From NCBI GenBank assembly GCA_034436775.1, contig DAOTVI010000044.1, positions 14,058 through 78,057 on the forward strand: a stretch of 64,000 nt of DNA. Reading direction: 5' to 3'. How positions within the stretch are numbered: the stretch's first letter is position 1; the number at the start of each line of letters is the position of its first letter. The position numbers and the translations under genes are program-made. Source of the DNA: Anaerolineae bacterium (GTDB lineage Bacteria; Chloroflexota; Anaerolineae; 4572-78; NAK82). Shown here one piece after another: positions 35,492 through 43,928 of the stretch. Below the pieces are notes generated by a model, which was not told the origin of the DNA, did no database searches, and saw only the letters and a list, made by a program, of their open reading frames with translations.

Positions 35492-36418
35492 ATGAAACGT
35501 TTTTCGAGGCGACTTGAATCATCGTTGATGCGCACACTACGCAGGCGCCGCACGGCCTATTTGTTTGCGGCGCCGGCGATCATCACCCTTTTGGCGATCA
35601 CCATTTTTCCTCTGCTCTATGAAGTACGTCTGGTTTTCATGTCTTGGGAGCTCACCACCACTACCACGCCCGAATTTGTGGGATTGCAAAACTTGATCAA
35701 AGTCCTCTTTCAGGACAACCGTTTCTGGTCCTCTATGCGCGTGACCGCAGTGCTCATTGTGTTGGGCGTCAGCATTCAGCTGGGCATCGGCACGGGTCTG
35801 GCATTATTGCTCAATCGTATGGGACGCTGGCGCACCCCCTTGGTCTCCCTGTTTCTCATCCCTGTTATGATCGCTCCGGTGGTGGCTGGTTTTCAATTCC
35901 GTATGATCTATCACGATCAATTTGGGCCGCTGAATTACATCATCGAGATCATCACCGGCGGTCGCTGGCGCGGCTTTGCCTGGATTGCCGATCCGAACGT
36001 GGCTCTATTTGCCATTCTGATGACCGACGTCTGGCAATGGACGCCCTTCTTGATGCTAATCGTGCTGGCTGGCCTGCAGTCCATCCCACTGGAGCTGCAC
36101 GAAGCCGCCGAGGTGGATGGGGCCTCCGCGTGGCAATCTTTCTGGCGGATCACATTGCCCCTGCTGTTGCCGGTGATCATCATCGGCATTCTGATCCGGG
36201 CTATGGACGCGTTCAAGCTCTTCGATATCGTGTATCTGGTCACCGGTGGCGGGCCCGGCAACGTGACGGAGACAATCAGCTTCTATACGTACCTGCAGGG
36301 ATTCAAGTTTTTCAGCCTGGGATACACGGCGGCAATGGCTTTCATTCAGCTCATTATTATCACGCTGATCGCCCGGTTCTTCCTGAGCTTTCAGAAGCGG
36401 CAGCGGGGAGAGACATAG
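35492..36418 (+). CDS. Carbohydrate ABC transporter permease (MalF/UgpA-like)
   Basis: It has 6 TM segments and the EAA loop HEAAEVDGASAWQSFWRITLPLL. Confidence 0.9.
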   Translation: MKRFSRRLESSLMRTLRRRRTAYLFAAPAIITLLAITIFPLLYEVRLVFMSWELTTTTTPEFVGLQNLIKVLFQDNRFWSSMRVTAVLIVLGVSIQLGIGTGLALLLNRMGRWRTPLVSLFLIPVMIAPVVAGFQFRMIYHDQFGPLNYIIEIITGGRWRGFAWIADPNVALFAILMTDVWQWTPFLMLIVLAGLQSIPLELHEAAEVDGASAWQSFWRITLPLLLPVIIIGILIRAMDAFKLFDIVYLVTGGGPGNVTETISFYTYLQGFKFFSLGYTAAMAFIQLIIITLIARFFLSFQKRQRGET

Positions 36419-36420
36419 CG

Positions 36421-37260
36421 ATGCGTCGCATGTCGCTTTGGCAAAAGATCATCACTGCGGCGGTGCTCATCATCGCCCTCATTTTATTCATGTTTCCGGT
36501 GGTGTGGATGTTCCTCACCTCCTTCAAAACGGAAGCGGAGTATTTCTCTTACCCTCCGGTGTTTATTCCCCGTGACTTCAGCCCGCGCAACTATCTCAAT
36601 GCGATGATGTTGCCACCAGACGGTCGCGGTGGGCTGCAAGGATTACGTGACAGCCTGATCGTCGCGCTCTCGACAACGGTCGTTTCAATGCTGACCGGTT
36701 CGCTCGCAGCATATAGCCTTTCACGTTTCAGGACGGGCGGCGAAAACCTGTCGTTCTGGATCCTGTCCACCCGTATGTTCCCACCGGTGGCTGCAGCACT
36801 GCCCCTCTTCCTGATCTTCAAAGAACTCAAACTGTTGGATACCCATTGGGCGCTCATCATCGCCAACACGGTGTTCAACCTGCCCTTCGTGATCTGGATG
36901 CTCAAGGGCTTCTTCGACGATCTCTCGCCTGAGATGGAGGAAGCTGCCTTGATTGATGGCTGCACCCATTGGGGGGTTTTCGTCCGGGTGGCGTTGCCCC
37001 TGATCACGCCGGGATTGGTGGCAACGGCACTGTTTTGTTTCATCTTCGCCTGGAACGAGTTTATGTTTGCGCTGTTGCTGACACGTCGCTCGGTGCGCAC
37101 GCTTACCGTCATTGTGCCGAGCTTGGTGGGAGGCCACGAGATCCTGTGGGGCGAAATCGCCGCGATTGGCACGATCGCGATTATCCCCGGCATCGTTCTG
37201 TCGGTGTTGTTCCAGCGCTTCCTGGTGCGCGGGTTGACTATGGGGGCCGTCAAGGGATAG
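36421..37260 (+). CDS. Carbohydrate ABC transporter permease (MalG/UgpE-like)
   Basis: The start is MRRMSLWQKIITAAVLII at 36421, and the EAA loop is EEAALIDGCTHWGVFVRVALPL. The first half of track ORF 35644..37260 is an out-of-frame overlap of the previous gene. Confidence 0.9.
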   Translation: MRRMSLWQKIITAAVLIIALILFMFPVVWMFLTSFKTEAEYFSYPPVFIPRDFSPRNYLNAMMLPPDGRGGLQGLRDSLIVALSTTVVSMLTGSLAAYSLSRFRTGGENLSFWILSTRMFPPVAAALPLFLIFKELKLLDTHWALIIANTVFNLPFVIWMLKGFFDDLSPEMEEAALIDGCTHWGVFVRVALPLITPGLVATALFCFIFAWNEFMFALLLTRRSVRTLTVIVPSLVGGHEILWGEIAAIGTIAIIPGIVLSVLFQRFLVRGLTMGAVKG

Positions 37261-37384
37261 CTCCCTGAGACCTTCGTCCTGGAAATGCGTTGCCCAAGCC
37301 AAAGCAACTGCATCATCGCTTTTTGACAGGCACCCAGGATCCCTGGCAACACACAATCTGGATACACTGGGGGGATAAGACACG

Positions 37385-38308
37385 ATGGCACGACCCAAGA
37401 TTTGCGTTGTAGGCGCTTCAAACATTGATTTGATCAGCTATGTGCCACGCCTGCCGCGTATGGGGGAGACGCTGCACGGCACCCGCTTCCACATGGGCTT
37501 CGGTGGCAAGGGGGCTAACCAGGCTGTGATGGCGGCCAAACTGGGGGGTGAGGTCGCCATTGTCACCAAGCTGGGTCGCGACATCTTCGGCGAAAACACC
37601 CTGAAAAATTTCCAGGCGTGGGGCATCGACACGCGCTTTGTGTTCTTCACCGATCAAGCGTTCTCGGGAGTGGCGCCGATCGCGGTCGACCCCGAGGGGC
37701 GCAATGCCATTATCATCGTCACCGGCGCCAATGACCTGCTCACCCTGGAGGAGATCGAGGCCGCCCGACCGGCGATCACCGGCGCTCAAGTGGTGGTCTG
37801 TCAGCTGGAGATACCGGTTGAGATCACATTGGCCGCATTGCGCATCGCCCGCCAGGCTGGGGTGACCACCATCTTCAACCCGGCTCCAGCACGACCTGAG
37901 CTCCCTGAGGAACTCTATCAACTCAGTGACATCTTCTGTCCTAACGAAAGCGAAACGGAGCTGTTGACGGGCCTTCCCGTGACCACCCTCGAAGAGGCGG
38001 AACGCGCCGCCCGCGTGCTGTTGGAACGCGGTGCGGGCGCGGTCATCCTCACGTTGGGTGAGCGTGGCAGCTTGTTGGTCAACGAGCAAGGAACCACCTA
38101 TGTGTCGGCAACCTCGGTGCGTGCGGTTGATACCACCGGTGCCGGTGATGCTTTTATAGGCAGCCTGGCGTACTTCATGGCAGCTGGCAAGTCGCTGTCT
38201 GAGGCGATGCGCCGGGCTAATTACATCGCAGCCATCAGCGTCCAGGCTTCAGGCACACAGACGAGCTTCCCCACCGCCGACCAATTGCCACCGGAGCTGC
38301 TGGCCTGA
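37385..38308 (+). CDS. rbsK: Ribokinase (PfkB family)
   Basis: It has VVGASNIDL, GGKGANQAV and VDTTGAGDAFIGSLAY. Confidence 0.88.
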   Translation: MARPKICVVGASNIDLISYVPRLPRMGETLHGTRFHMGFGGKGANQAVMAAKLGGEVAIVTKLGRDIFGENTLKNFQAWGIDTRFVFFTDQAFSGVAPIAVDPEGRNAIIIVTGANDLLTLEEIEAARPAITGAQVVVCQLEIPVEITLAALRIARQAGVTTIFNPAPARPELPEELYQLSDIFCPNESETELLTGLPVTTLEEAERAARVLLERGAGAVILTLGERGSLLVNEQGTTYVSATSVRAVDTTGAGDAFIGSLAYFMAAGKSLSEAMRRANYIAAISVQASGTQTSFPTADQLPPELLA

Positions 38309-38576
38309 GGCTTTCCCCTGCCTATACTAAGATCGCGGTCGATTCGGCGCTTTTGACGCGAATCTCCGCTGCTCGAAAACCCGCTCTTTATCTCGGACAT
38401 AGTTGCGTCCCATGCTGGGTGGACTAAAATGCGCTATGGTTTAGACCTTCCTCGCCTCGAACGAGAGCGGTGTTGCGTTGAGAATCGCGCGAAAAGAGAT
38501 GCGGGGGACAAGGATGGGTTTCAGCATCCGAACGAGTGAGGTGGAGATCGGTCGTTCGGGCAATCTAGGGTGAAAC

Positions 38577-39662
38577 ATGACCTTGCGCACCGGAATCGCT
38601 TATTTGCCCCTCCATACCGGGAAAGCACCGCGCTATTTATTTGAACGCATGGTGCAGCTGACGCGCGAGCTGTCGCTCATCATCGTGGATGAATATGGCA
38701 GCCTCGAGTTGATGCGCCGGCTGGCAGATCCGTGCTGGTTTCAGGCGTTGGGTTGCGTTCTGGGATACGATTGGCATTCCAGCGGTGTGACCACCGTGGT
38801 GTGTGGTGCCCTGAAGGAGGCATGGAAACCCATTTCGTCCGATATCGGGTTATTCATCGCAGGGGGTAAGGGTGGAACGTCGCGCAAGACACCGTCTGAA
38901 ATCCTGGCACGCACCGCGCAGTTACGCGTAGCACCTGAAAAGTTGGTCTACGCCAGTCGTATGGCTGCCAAGGTGGATAACAACGCCTTACAGGATGGCT
39001 ATCAGCTCTACCACCACAGCTTCATCTTCGACCGCGAAGGGCGTTGGGTGGTGATCCAACAGGGGATGAACGAAGCCAACCGCTGGGCACGTCGCTATCA
39101 TTGGCTGAGCGAGCAGCTCACCGAATTCGTCAACGAGCCACACTCCGGCATCATCACCAGTACATTCGGTCAGCCGCTCAACATGGTCGCCCAAGAATCA
39201 GAAGCCGCGCGACAGGCCAGCGTCGCTCTGGCACTGGAGAAGCCCTGGAAGAACCTGGCGGAGCTGAAACGCCTGCAACGCCTGGAGCTTCCGGAGCGTC
39301 ACCGTGTCCTGCTGGAAGACATCAATCCAGAGCGCATCGCCAGCACATTACTATCCGCCTACGAGACGCAACCGCAAAATTTTGAGCAGCTGCTCGGCGC
39401 CCAAAATGTCGGCCCGAAGACCATCCGCGCCCTGGCACTGCTGGCAGAGATCATCCACGGTGCTAAACCTTCGTTCCGTGATCCGGCCCGCTTCGCCTTC
39501 GCTCACGGTGGCAAAGATGGACATCCTTACCCGGTCGACCGCAGGACGTATGATCGTTCGATCCAAATCCTGCATCAGGCAGTGGAGCGTGCCAAGCTGG
39601 GCGACCGTGAAAAGCTGGAGGCCTTCCGCCGGTTGAGCCAGTATCATGCGCACCAGCCGTGA
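38577..39662 (+). CDS. DUF763 domain protein with a C-terminal helix-hairpin-helix-like motif
   Basis: The N-terminus is IAYLPLHTGKAPRYLFERMVQL..CWFQALGCVLGYDWHSSGVTTV. The HhH-like motif is LLGAQNVGPKTIRALALLAEII. Confidence 0.75.
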   Translation: MTLRTGIAYLPLHTGKAPRYLFERMVQLTRELSLIIVDEYGSLELMRRLADPCWFQALGCVLGYDWHSSGVTTVVCGALKEAWKPISSDIGLFIAGGKGGTSRKTPSEILARTAQLRVAPEKLVYASRMAAKVDNNALQDGYQLYHHSFIFDREGRWVVIQQGMNEANRWARRYHWLSEQLTEFVNEPHSGIITSTFGQPLNMVAQESEAARQASVALALEKPWKNLAELKRLQRLELPERHRVLLEDINPERIASTLLSAYETQPQNFEQLLGAQNVGPKTIRALALLAEIIHGAKPSFRDPARFAFAHGGKDGHPYPVDRRTYDRSIQILHQAVERAKLGDREKLEAFRRLSQYHAHQP

Positions 39663-39707
39663 GCTGAGCAGGCCAACGAAGGTGATGTGGGGAGAGGAAG
39701 CGAACCA

Positions 39708-40796
39708 ATGCGCTATGTGTTAGGAGTGGATGGCGGTGGGTCGAAAGTGACCTGCCTGTTGGCCGACGAGACGGGCCAGTTGCGCGGTTATGGCCGCGCC
39801 GGACCGGCCGATCTCAACTACGTAGAACGTCCTCTAGCCGTGAAAGCGTTGCGTCGGGCCGTGCAGGCGGCGCTCGAGGCGGGTGGATTGCTGGGAACAC
39901 CCATCGAGGCGCTGTGTATCAGCGCGCCGATGGACGCTCCAGCGATTGACGAAGCGCTCGACACGCTGGCCGTGCATCGGATTTTAGAAGCCGCCAAAGG
40001 GGAGACAGCCCGTTGGGCGGCTCACTACTGGATCGAACAGCCCGTGGGGGTCATCGTGGATGCCGGCGTTGGGTCGAGTGCCCGGGGGTGGACGAAGGAA
40101 GGTCAGTGTGTCGGAGCGGGTGGCTGGGGCGCTGTCCTGGGCGATGAAGGAAGTGGCTACTGGATTGGCGTGCAAGCCATACGTGCTGTGCTGCGCGCGC
40201 ACGATGGCCGTGCGGAAGATACTCTGCTCACCCAGATGATCTTCGACCACTTTGGCTTTCGTCATGCGCTCGATATGGTCTTTCGCGCCTCGTGTGGAAT
40301 GATGGTAGTCCAGGATGTGGATCATCTGGTGGGCATCGGCTCGGATTCGGGCGCGGAAGCGGCGCGCGCCGGCACGCTGGTACGCAAGGCAAAACTCGGG
40401 AATTCCCCATTGCCGCGCCACGAGATCGCCAGCTTATGCCCTTTGGTCGTGCGGGCCGCACAGCAAGGCGACCATGCGGCGCAGCACATCCTTGCTTCTG
40501 CCGGGCGAGCCCTGGGAGAGCTGGCAGTGGCCGTGATCCGACGCCTCTATATGGCGCTGGAATCTTTTGCGGTGGTGCCCTTTGGCGGCGTCTTCAAAGC
40601 GGGTGATTTGATCCTGTCTCCCTTTCGAGAGACAATCGCCGCCACAGCGCCACAAGCGCAGATTGTGCTGCCGCGTTTCGAGCCGGTCGTGGGGGCCGTC
40701 TTGCTGGCGCTGGACAACATTGGGGTTACGATCGACTGGCCCGTGCTGGAATCGCTAGAACAGGGTGCCGTGCGCTTCCCCGGCTGTCGGGTATAA
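39708..40796 (+). CDS. BadF/BadG/BcrA/BcrD-type ATPase (N-acetylglucosamine-kinase-like sugar kinase)
   Basis: MRYVLGVDGGGSKVTCLLAD and GAVLGDEGSGYWIG are ASKHA phosphate motifs. The ORF-track start at 39687 is 7 codons upstream. Confidence 0.85.
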   Translation: MRYVLGVDGGGSKVTCLLADETGQLRGYGRAGPADLNYVERPLAVKALRRAVQAALEAGGLLGTPIEALCISAPMDAPAIDEALDTLAVHRILEAAKGETARWAAHYWIEQPVGVIVDAGVGSSARGWTKEGQCVGAGGWGAVLGDEGSGYWIGVQAIRAVLRAHDGRAEDTLLTQMIFDHFGFRHALDMVFRASCGMMVVQDVDHLVGIGSDSGAEAARAGTLVRKAKLGNSPLPRHEIASLCPLVVRAAQQGDHAAQHILASAGRALGELAVAVIRRLYMALESFAVVPFGGVFKAGDLILSPFRETIAATAPQAQIVLPRFEPVVGAVLLALDNIGVTIDWPVLESLEQGAVRFPGCRV

Positions 40797-40934
40797 GGTT
40801 CCCCCTCTTGGGAATCTCGTTGCCGATGATCGTTCTATGGACAGAAGAAGGTCCGCGCCAATGGCAGAAATTGTACACCGCTACCATCGAACGCTTCGGG
40901 CATAATCCAGGCGGTCACTTCGGCGTCCCATCGT

Positions 40935-40964
40935 TTGTCCCCGGCCCACCCCTACGTCTATAAT
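40935..40964 (+). promoter_or_regulatory. Putative promoter giving a (near-)leaderless glcF mRNA
   Basis: TTGTCC, 18-nt spacer, TATAAT. The ATG at 40975 begins 10 nt after the -10 box, and there is no SD between them. Confidence 0.4.
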
Positions 40965-40974
40965 CCCCTGCCAT

Positions 40975-42354
40975 ATGGATGACAGCCTGGAACGCCTGAC
41001 ACAGCCGCTTGCCGGACAACGCGTGCACATCCCCGAGCTGCCGGATTACTCCGTGCTGCGCCATTGTGTGCGCTGCGCGCGCTGTCTGCCCGTCTGTCCC
41101 ACCTACCAGGAGACACTGTACGAGGTGCAGTCTCCGCGTGGACGGCTGGCACTGCTTAAAGCGGTGGTGGAAGGGATACTGCCCCCCACATCGGCAGTCG
41201 AGGAGCATCTGTATCATTGCCTCGACTGTCGCATGTGCAACACGGTGTGCCCGGCGAACGTGCCCATCGGCGAGTGCATCCTGGCCGGACGGGCTGCCTT
41301 CGCCCACCAGCGTGGCCTGGCGTGGTGGCGGCGGCTGGTCTTCCGCCACGTGCTCATCTCGGCGGAGCGGCTGGGCCTGGCGCTCTGGCCCTTGCGCCTG
41401 TATCAGCGCAGCGGCCTTGCCCGCCTGGTGCGCCCCGTGTTGCGGGGGCTGCCCGGACCTTTGGCCCGACTGCGCATAATGGAAGCGCTGTTGCCCCCGT
41501 TGCCATCTCGGCCATTACACACGACATTGCCGACCGTCACCCCGGCGCAGGGTCTCCGCCGCTATCGCGTGGGTTTCTTCCTGGGCTGTATGATGAGCCA
41601 GCTCTTCGCCGCCGAGAGCTGCGCGACGGTGGACGTGTTGAGTGCGGCGGGCTGTGAAGTAGTCACGCCGCCTGGTCAGGTGTGTTGCGGCAGCCCGCAG
41701 GACGACCAGGGCGACTGCGTCCAGTTGCGCCGCCTGGCGCGCACCAACATCGCCCTCTTCGAGCGCCTCGGCACGCTGGATGCCATCGTGACCGATTGTG
41801 CCGCCTGCAGCCACACGCTCAAGGAATACGCCACCCTGCTGGCAGACGAGCCTGCCTTTGCCGCGCGTGCCGCTGCCTTCAGCGCCAAAGTGCGCGACAT
41901 CTATGAGTGGTATGATGCCATCCTGCCGCCGACGCTGGGCAACGATGCGACGCCGCCTTTGCGCGTCACCATCCACGATGCGTGTCACCTGGCCAACGCG
42001 CAGGGGGTGCGCATGCCGCAACGGCGCCTGCTGGGGCGCATCCGCGGCATCGAGGTGGTGGAGATGGAAGCACCATCGGCGTGCTGCGGCAGCGCCGGCA
42101 TCTACAACATCACCCATCCCGACATGGCGGAACGGCGCCTGGCGCGCAAGCTGGACGATATCCTGTCCACCGGCGCCGCGGTGGTGGTCACCAACGGGCC
42201 GGGTTGCCTGTTGCAATTGCGCGCCGCGGTGCGCGAACGGCAGCTGCCCTTTCAGGTGTGGCATGTTTCGCAACTGTTGGCGCAATGTCTGCGCACCCGT
42301 GCCGACGGCATCCCCTCTCCGGGTGCGTGTGGCCAGGGTGAAGTGGAGGAGTGA
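40975..42354 (+). CDS. glcF: (Fe-S)-binding oxidoreductase subunit, glycolate oxidase GlcF-like
   Basis: There are two 4Fe-4S motifs (CVRCARCLPVCPTY and CLDCRMCNTVCPANVP) and two CCG domains (VCCGSPQ and ACCGSAG). Confidence 0.85.
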   Translation: MDDSLERLTQPLAGQRVHIPELPDYSVLRHCVRCARCLPVCPTYQETLYEVQSPRGRLALLKAVVEGILPPTSAVEEHLYHCLDCRMCNTVCPANVPIGECILAGRAAFAHQRGLAWWRRLVFRHVLISAERLGLALWPLRLYQRSGLARLVRPVLRGLPGPLARLRIMEALLPPLPSRPLHTTLPTVTPAQGLRRYRVGFFLGCMMSQLFAAESCATVDVLSAAGCEVVTPPGQVCCGSPQDDQGDCVQLRRLARTNIALFERLGTLDAIVTDCAACSHTLKEYATLLADEPAFAARAAAFSAKVRDIYEWYDAILPPTLGNDATPPLRVTIHDACHLANAQGVRMPQRRLLGRIRGIEVVEMEAPSACCGSAGIYNITHPDMAERRLARKLDDILSTGAAVVVTNGPGCLLQLRAAVRERQLPFQVWHVSQLLAQCLRTRADGIPSPGACGQGEVEE

Positions 42355-42358
42355 GACT

Positions 42359-43744
42359 ATGATCGAGGCGCGGATTATCGAAGAACTCAAGGCAACGCTC
42401 GGCGCCGGGCGCGTGCTGGATACGTTGGTGGATCGGGTGACGTATGCCTACGATGCCACCTGGGGTGAGGCGCTGCCGGATGTGGTGGTCTTGCCGCTGA
42501 GCACGGCGGAGGTGTCGGCCACGCTGCGCATCGCCCAGCGCGAACGCATCCCGGTGGTGCCGCGCGGCGCTGCCAGTGGCCTCTCCGGTGGTGCCATCCC
42601 GATCAGCGGCGGCATCTGCCTGTGCCTGACGCGCATGAACCGCATCCTGGAGATCAACCCGGACGAGCTGATCGCAGTGGTGCAGCCGGGCGTGATCAAC
42701 ATGGACTTGCAAAGAGCGGCGGCGCGCTATGGCCTCTTCTTCCCACCCGATCCCGCCTCGTGGGACATGTCCACCCTGGGCGGCAACGTGGCCGAGAACG
42801 CCGGCGGGCCGCGCTGCCTCAAATATGGCGTCACCAAGGACTATGTGCTCGGCCTTGAGGTGGTGCTGGCGGATGGAAGCGTCATGCGCACCGGTGGGCG
42901 CACCATCAAGAACGCCACCGGCTACGACCTGACCGCCCTGTTCCTCGGCTCGGAGGGAACGTTGGGCGTGGTGACCGAGATCGTGCTCAAGCTGTTGCCC
43001 AAGCCGGCGGCGCGTCGCACCGTGCTGGCCGTCTTCGAGCGCATCGGCAACGCGTGTGCGGCGGTCAACCGCGTGATCACCTCGGGCGTGTTGCCGCTGA
43101 CGACCGAGCTGATGGATGGCGACTGCATCCGTGCGGTGCAGAGTCAGCGCGATTTCGGCCTGCCCGCCGATGCCGACGCCGTGCTGCTGATCGATGTGGA
43201 GGGCTGGCCGGAAGCCTTGGAGCGCGAGGTGGCCCTCGTGCGTGCGGCGTGTGAGGCGGCCGGCGCGCGGGAAGTGCGCTGTGCGCGTGACGATGCGGAG
43301 GCGGAGGAGCTGTGGGCGGCGCGGCGTGCCATCTCACCCGCCCTGGCGGCGCTGGGCGACAAGCTGGGCGAGGACATCGCCGTGCCGCGCAGTCGCATCC
43401 CGGAGATGGTGGAGCGTATCCGTGCCATCGGACGCACCTATGGCCTGCGCACGCCCATCTTCGGCCACATCGGCGACGGCAACCTGCACCCCTACCTGAT
43501 CTGCGACCGCAGCGATGCCGAGATGATGGCCCGGGTGCGTCGTGCAGCGGAGGAGATCTTCCTGGCCGCGATCGAACTGGGCGGCACTTTGAGCGGCGAG
43601 CACGGCATCGGCCTGGCCAAGCGCGACTACGTGGGCCGGGCGCTCGACCCGGTGGCGCGGGAACAGATGCTGCGCCTCAAGCGCCTGTTCGACCCGCACA
43701 ACATCTTAAATCCGGGCAAGATTTTTGCGGAGACGGAGAGATAG
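42359..43744 (+). CDS. glcD: FAD-linked oxidase, glycolate oxidase GlcD-like / D-lactate dehydrogenase-like
   Basis: The start is MIEARIIEELK at 42359, 4 nt after the glcF stop. The FAD_binding_4 motifs are VVPRGAASGLSGGAIP and the C-terminal motif is SGEHGIGLAKRDY. No glcE-like gene is adjacent. Confidence 0.85.
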   Translation: MIEARIIEELKATLGAGRVLDTLVDRVTYAYDATWGEALPDVVVLPLSTAEVSATLRIAQRERIPVVPRGAASGLSGGAIPISGGICLCLTRMNRILEINPDELIAVVQPGVINMDLQRAAARYGLFFPPDPASWDMSTLGGNVAENAGGPRCLKYGVTKDYVLGLEVVLADGSVMRTGGRTIKNATGYDLTALFLGSEGTLGVVTEIVLKLLPKPAARRTVLAVFERIGNACAAVNRVITSGVLPLTTELMDGDCIRAVQSQRDFGLPADADAVLLIDVEGWPEALEREVALVRAACEAAGAREVRCARDDAEAEELWAARRAISPALAALGDKLGEDIAVPRSRIPEMVERIRAIGRTYGLRTPIFGHIGDGNLHPYLICDRSDAEMMARVRRAAEEIFLAAIELGGTLSGEHGIGLAKRDYVGRALDPVAREQMLRLKRLFDPHNILNPGKIFAETER

Positions 43745-43865
43745 GTGAGCCGGTGCGGCAGCCGATTGGGACGCACACCCGTGGTGTCCCAATATGCCAC
43801 TCTTGTGTGCGGCGCTATTGTCACAGACAGCGCATACGAAGAACCCTCAGAATCCACAACATGGA

Positions 43866-43912
43866 CAAAAAACACGCAAGGCGCGAAATCGCCCCTTTCG
43901 CGGTTCTTGCGT
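43866..43912 (-). terminator. Intrinsic terminator after the DUF2723 gene
   Basis: The minus strand has a long hairpin pairing ACGCAAG/CTTGCGT and CGCGAAA/TTTCGCG, followed by a T-run (plus-strand aaaaaa at 43867-43872). Confidence 0.6.
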
Positions 43913-43928
43913 TCCGAACTTAACAGGA

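Noticed and set aside
35644-36420. N-terminal half of track ORF 35644..37260 (538 aa)
   Set aside because: It lies out of frame over the first permease gene and has a nonsense composition. The real second permease starts at 36421 (MRRMSLWQK), 3 nt after the first permease stop.
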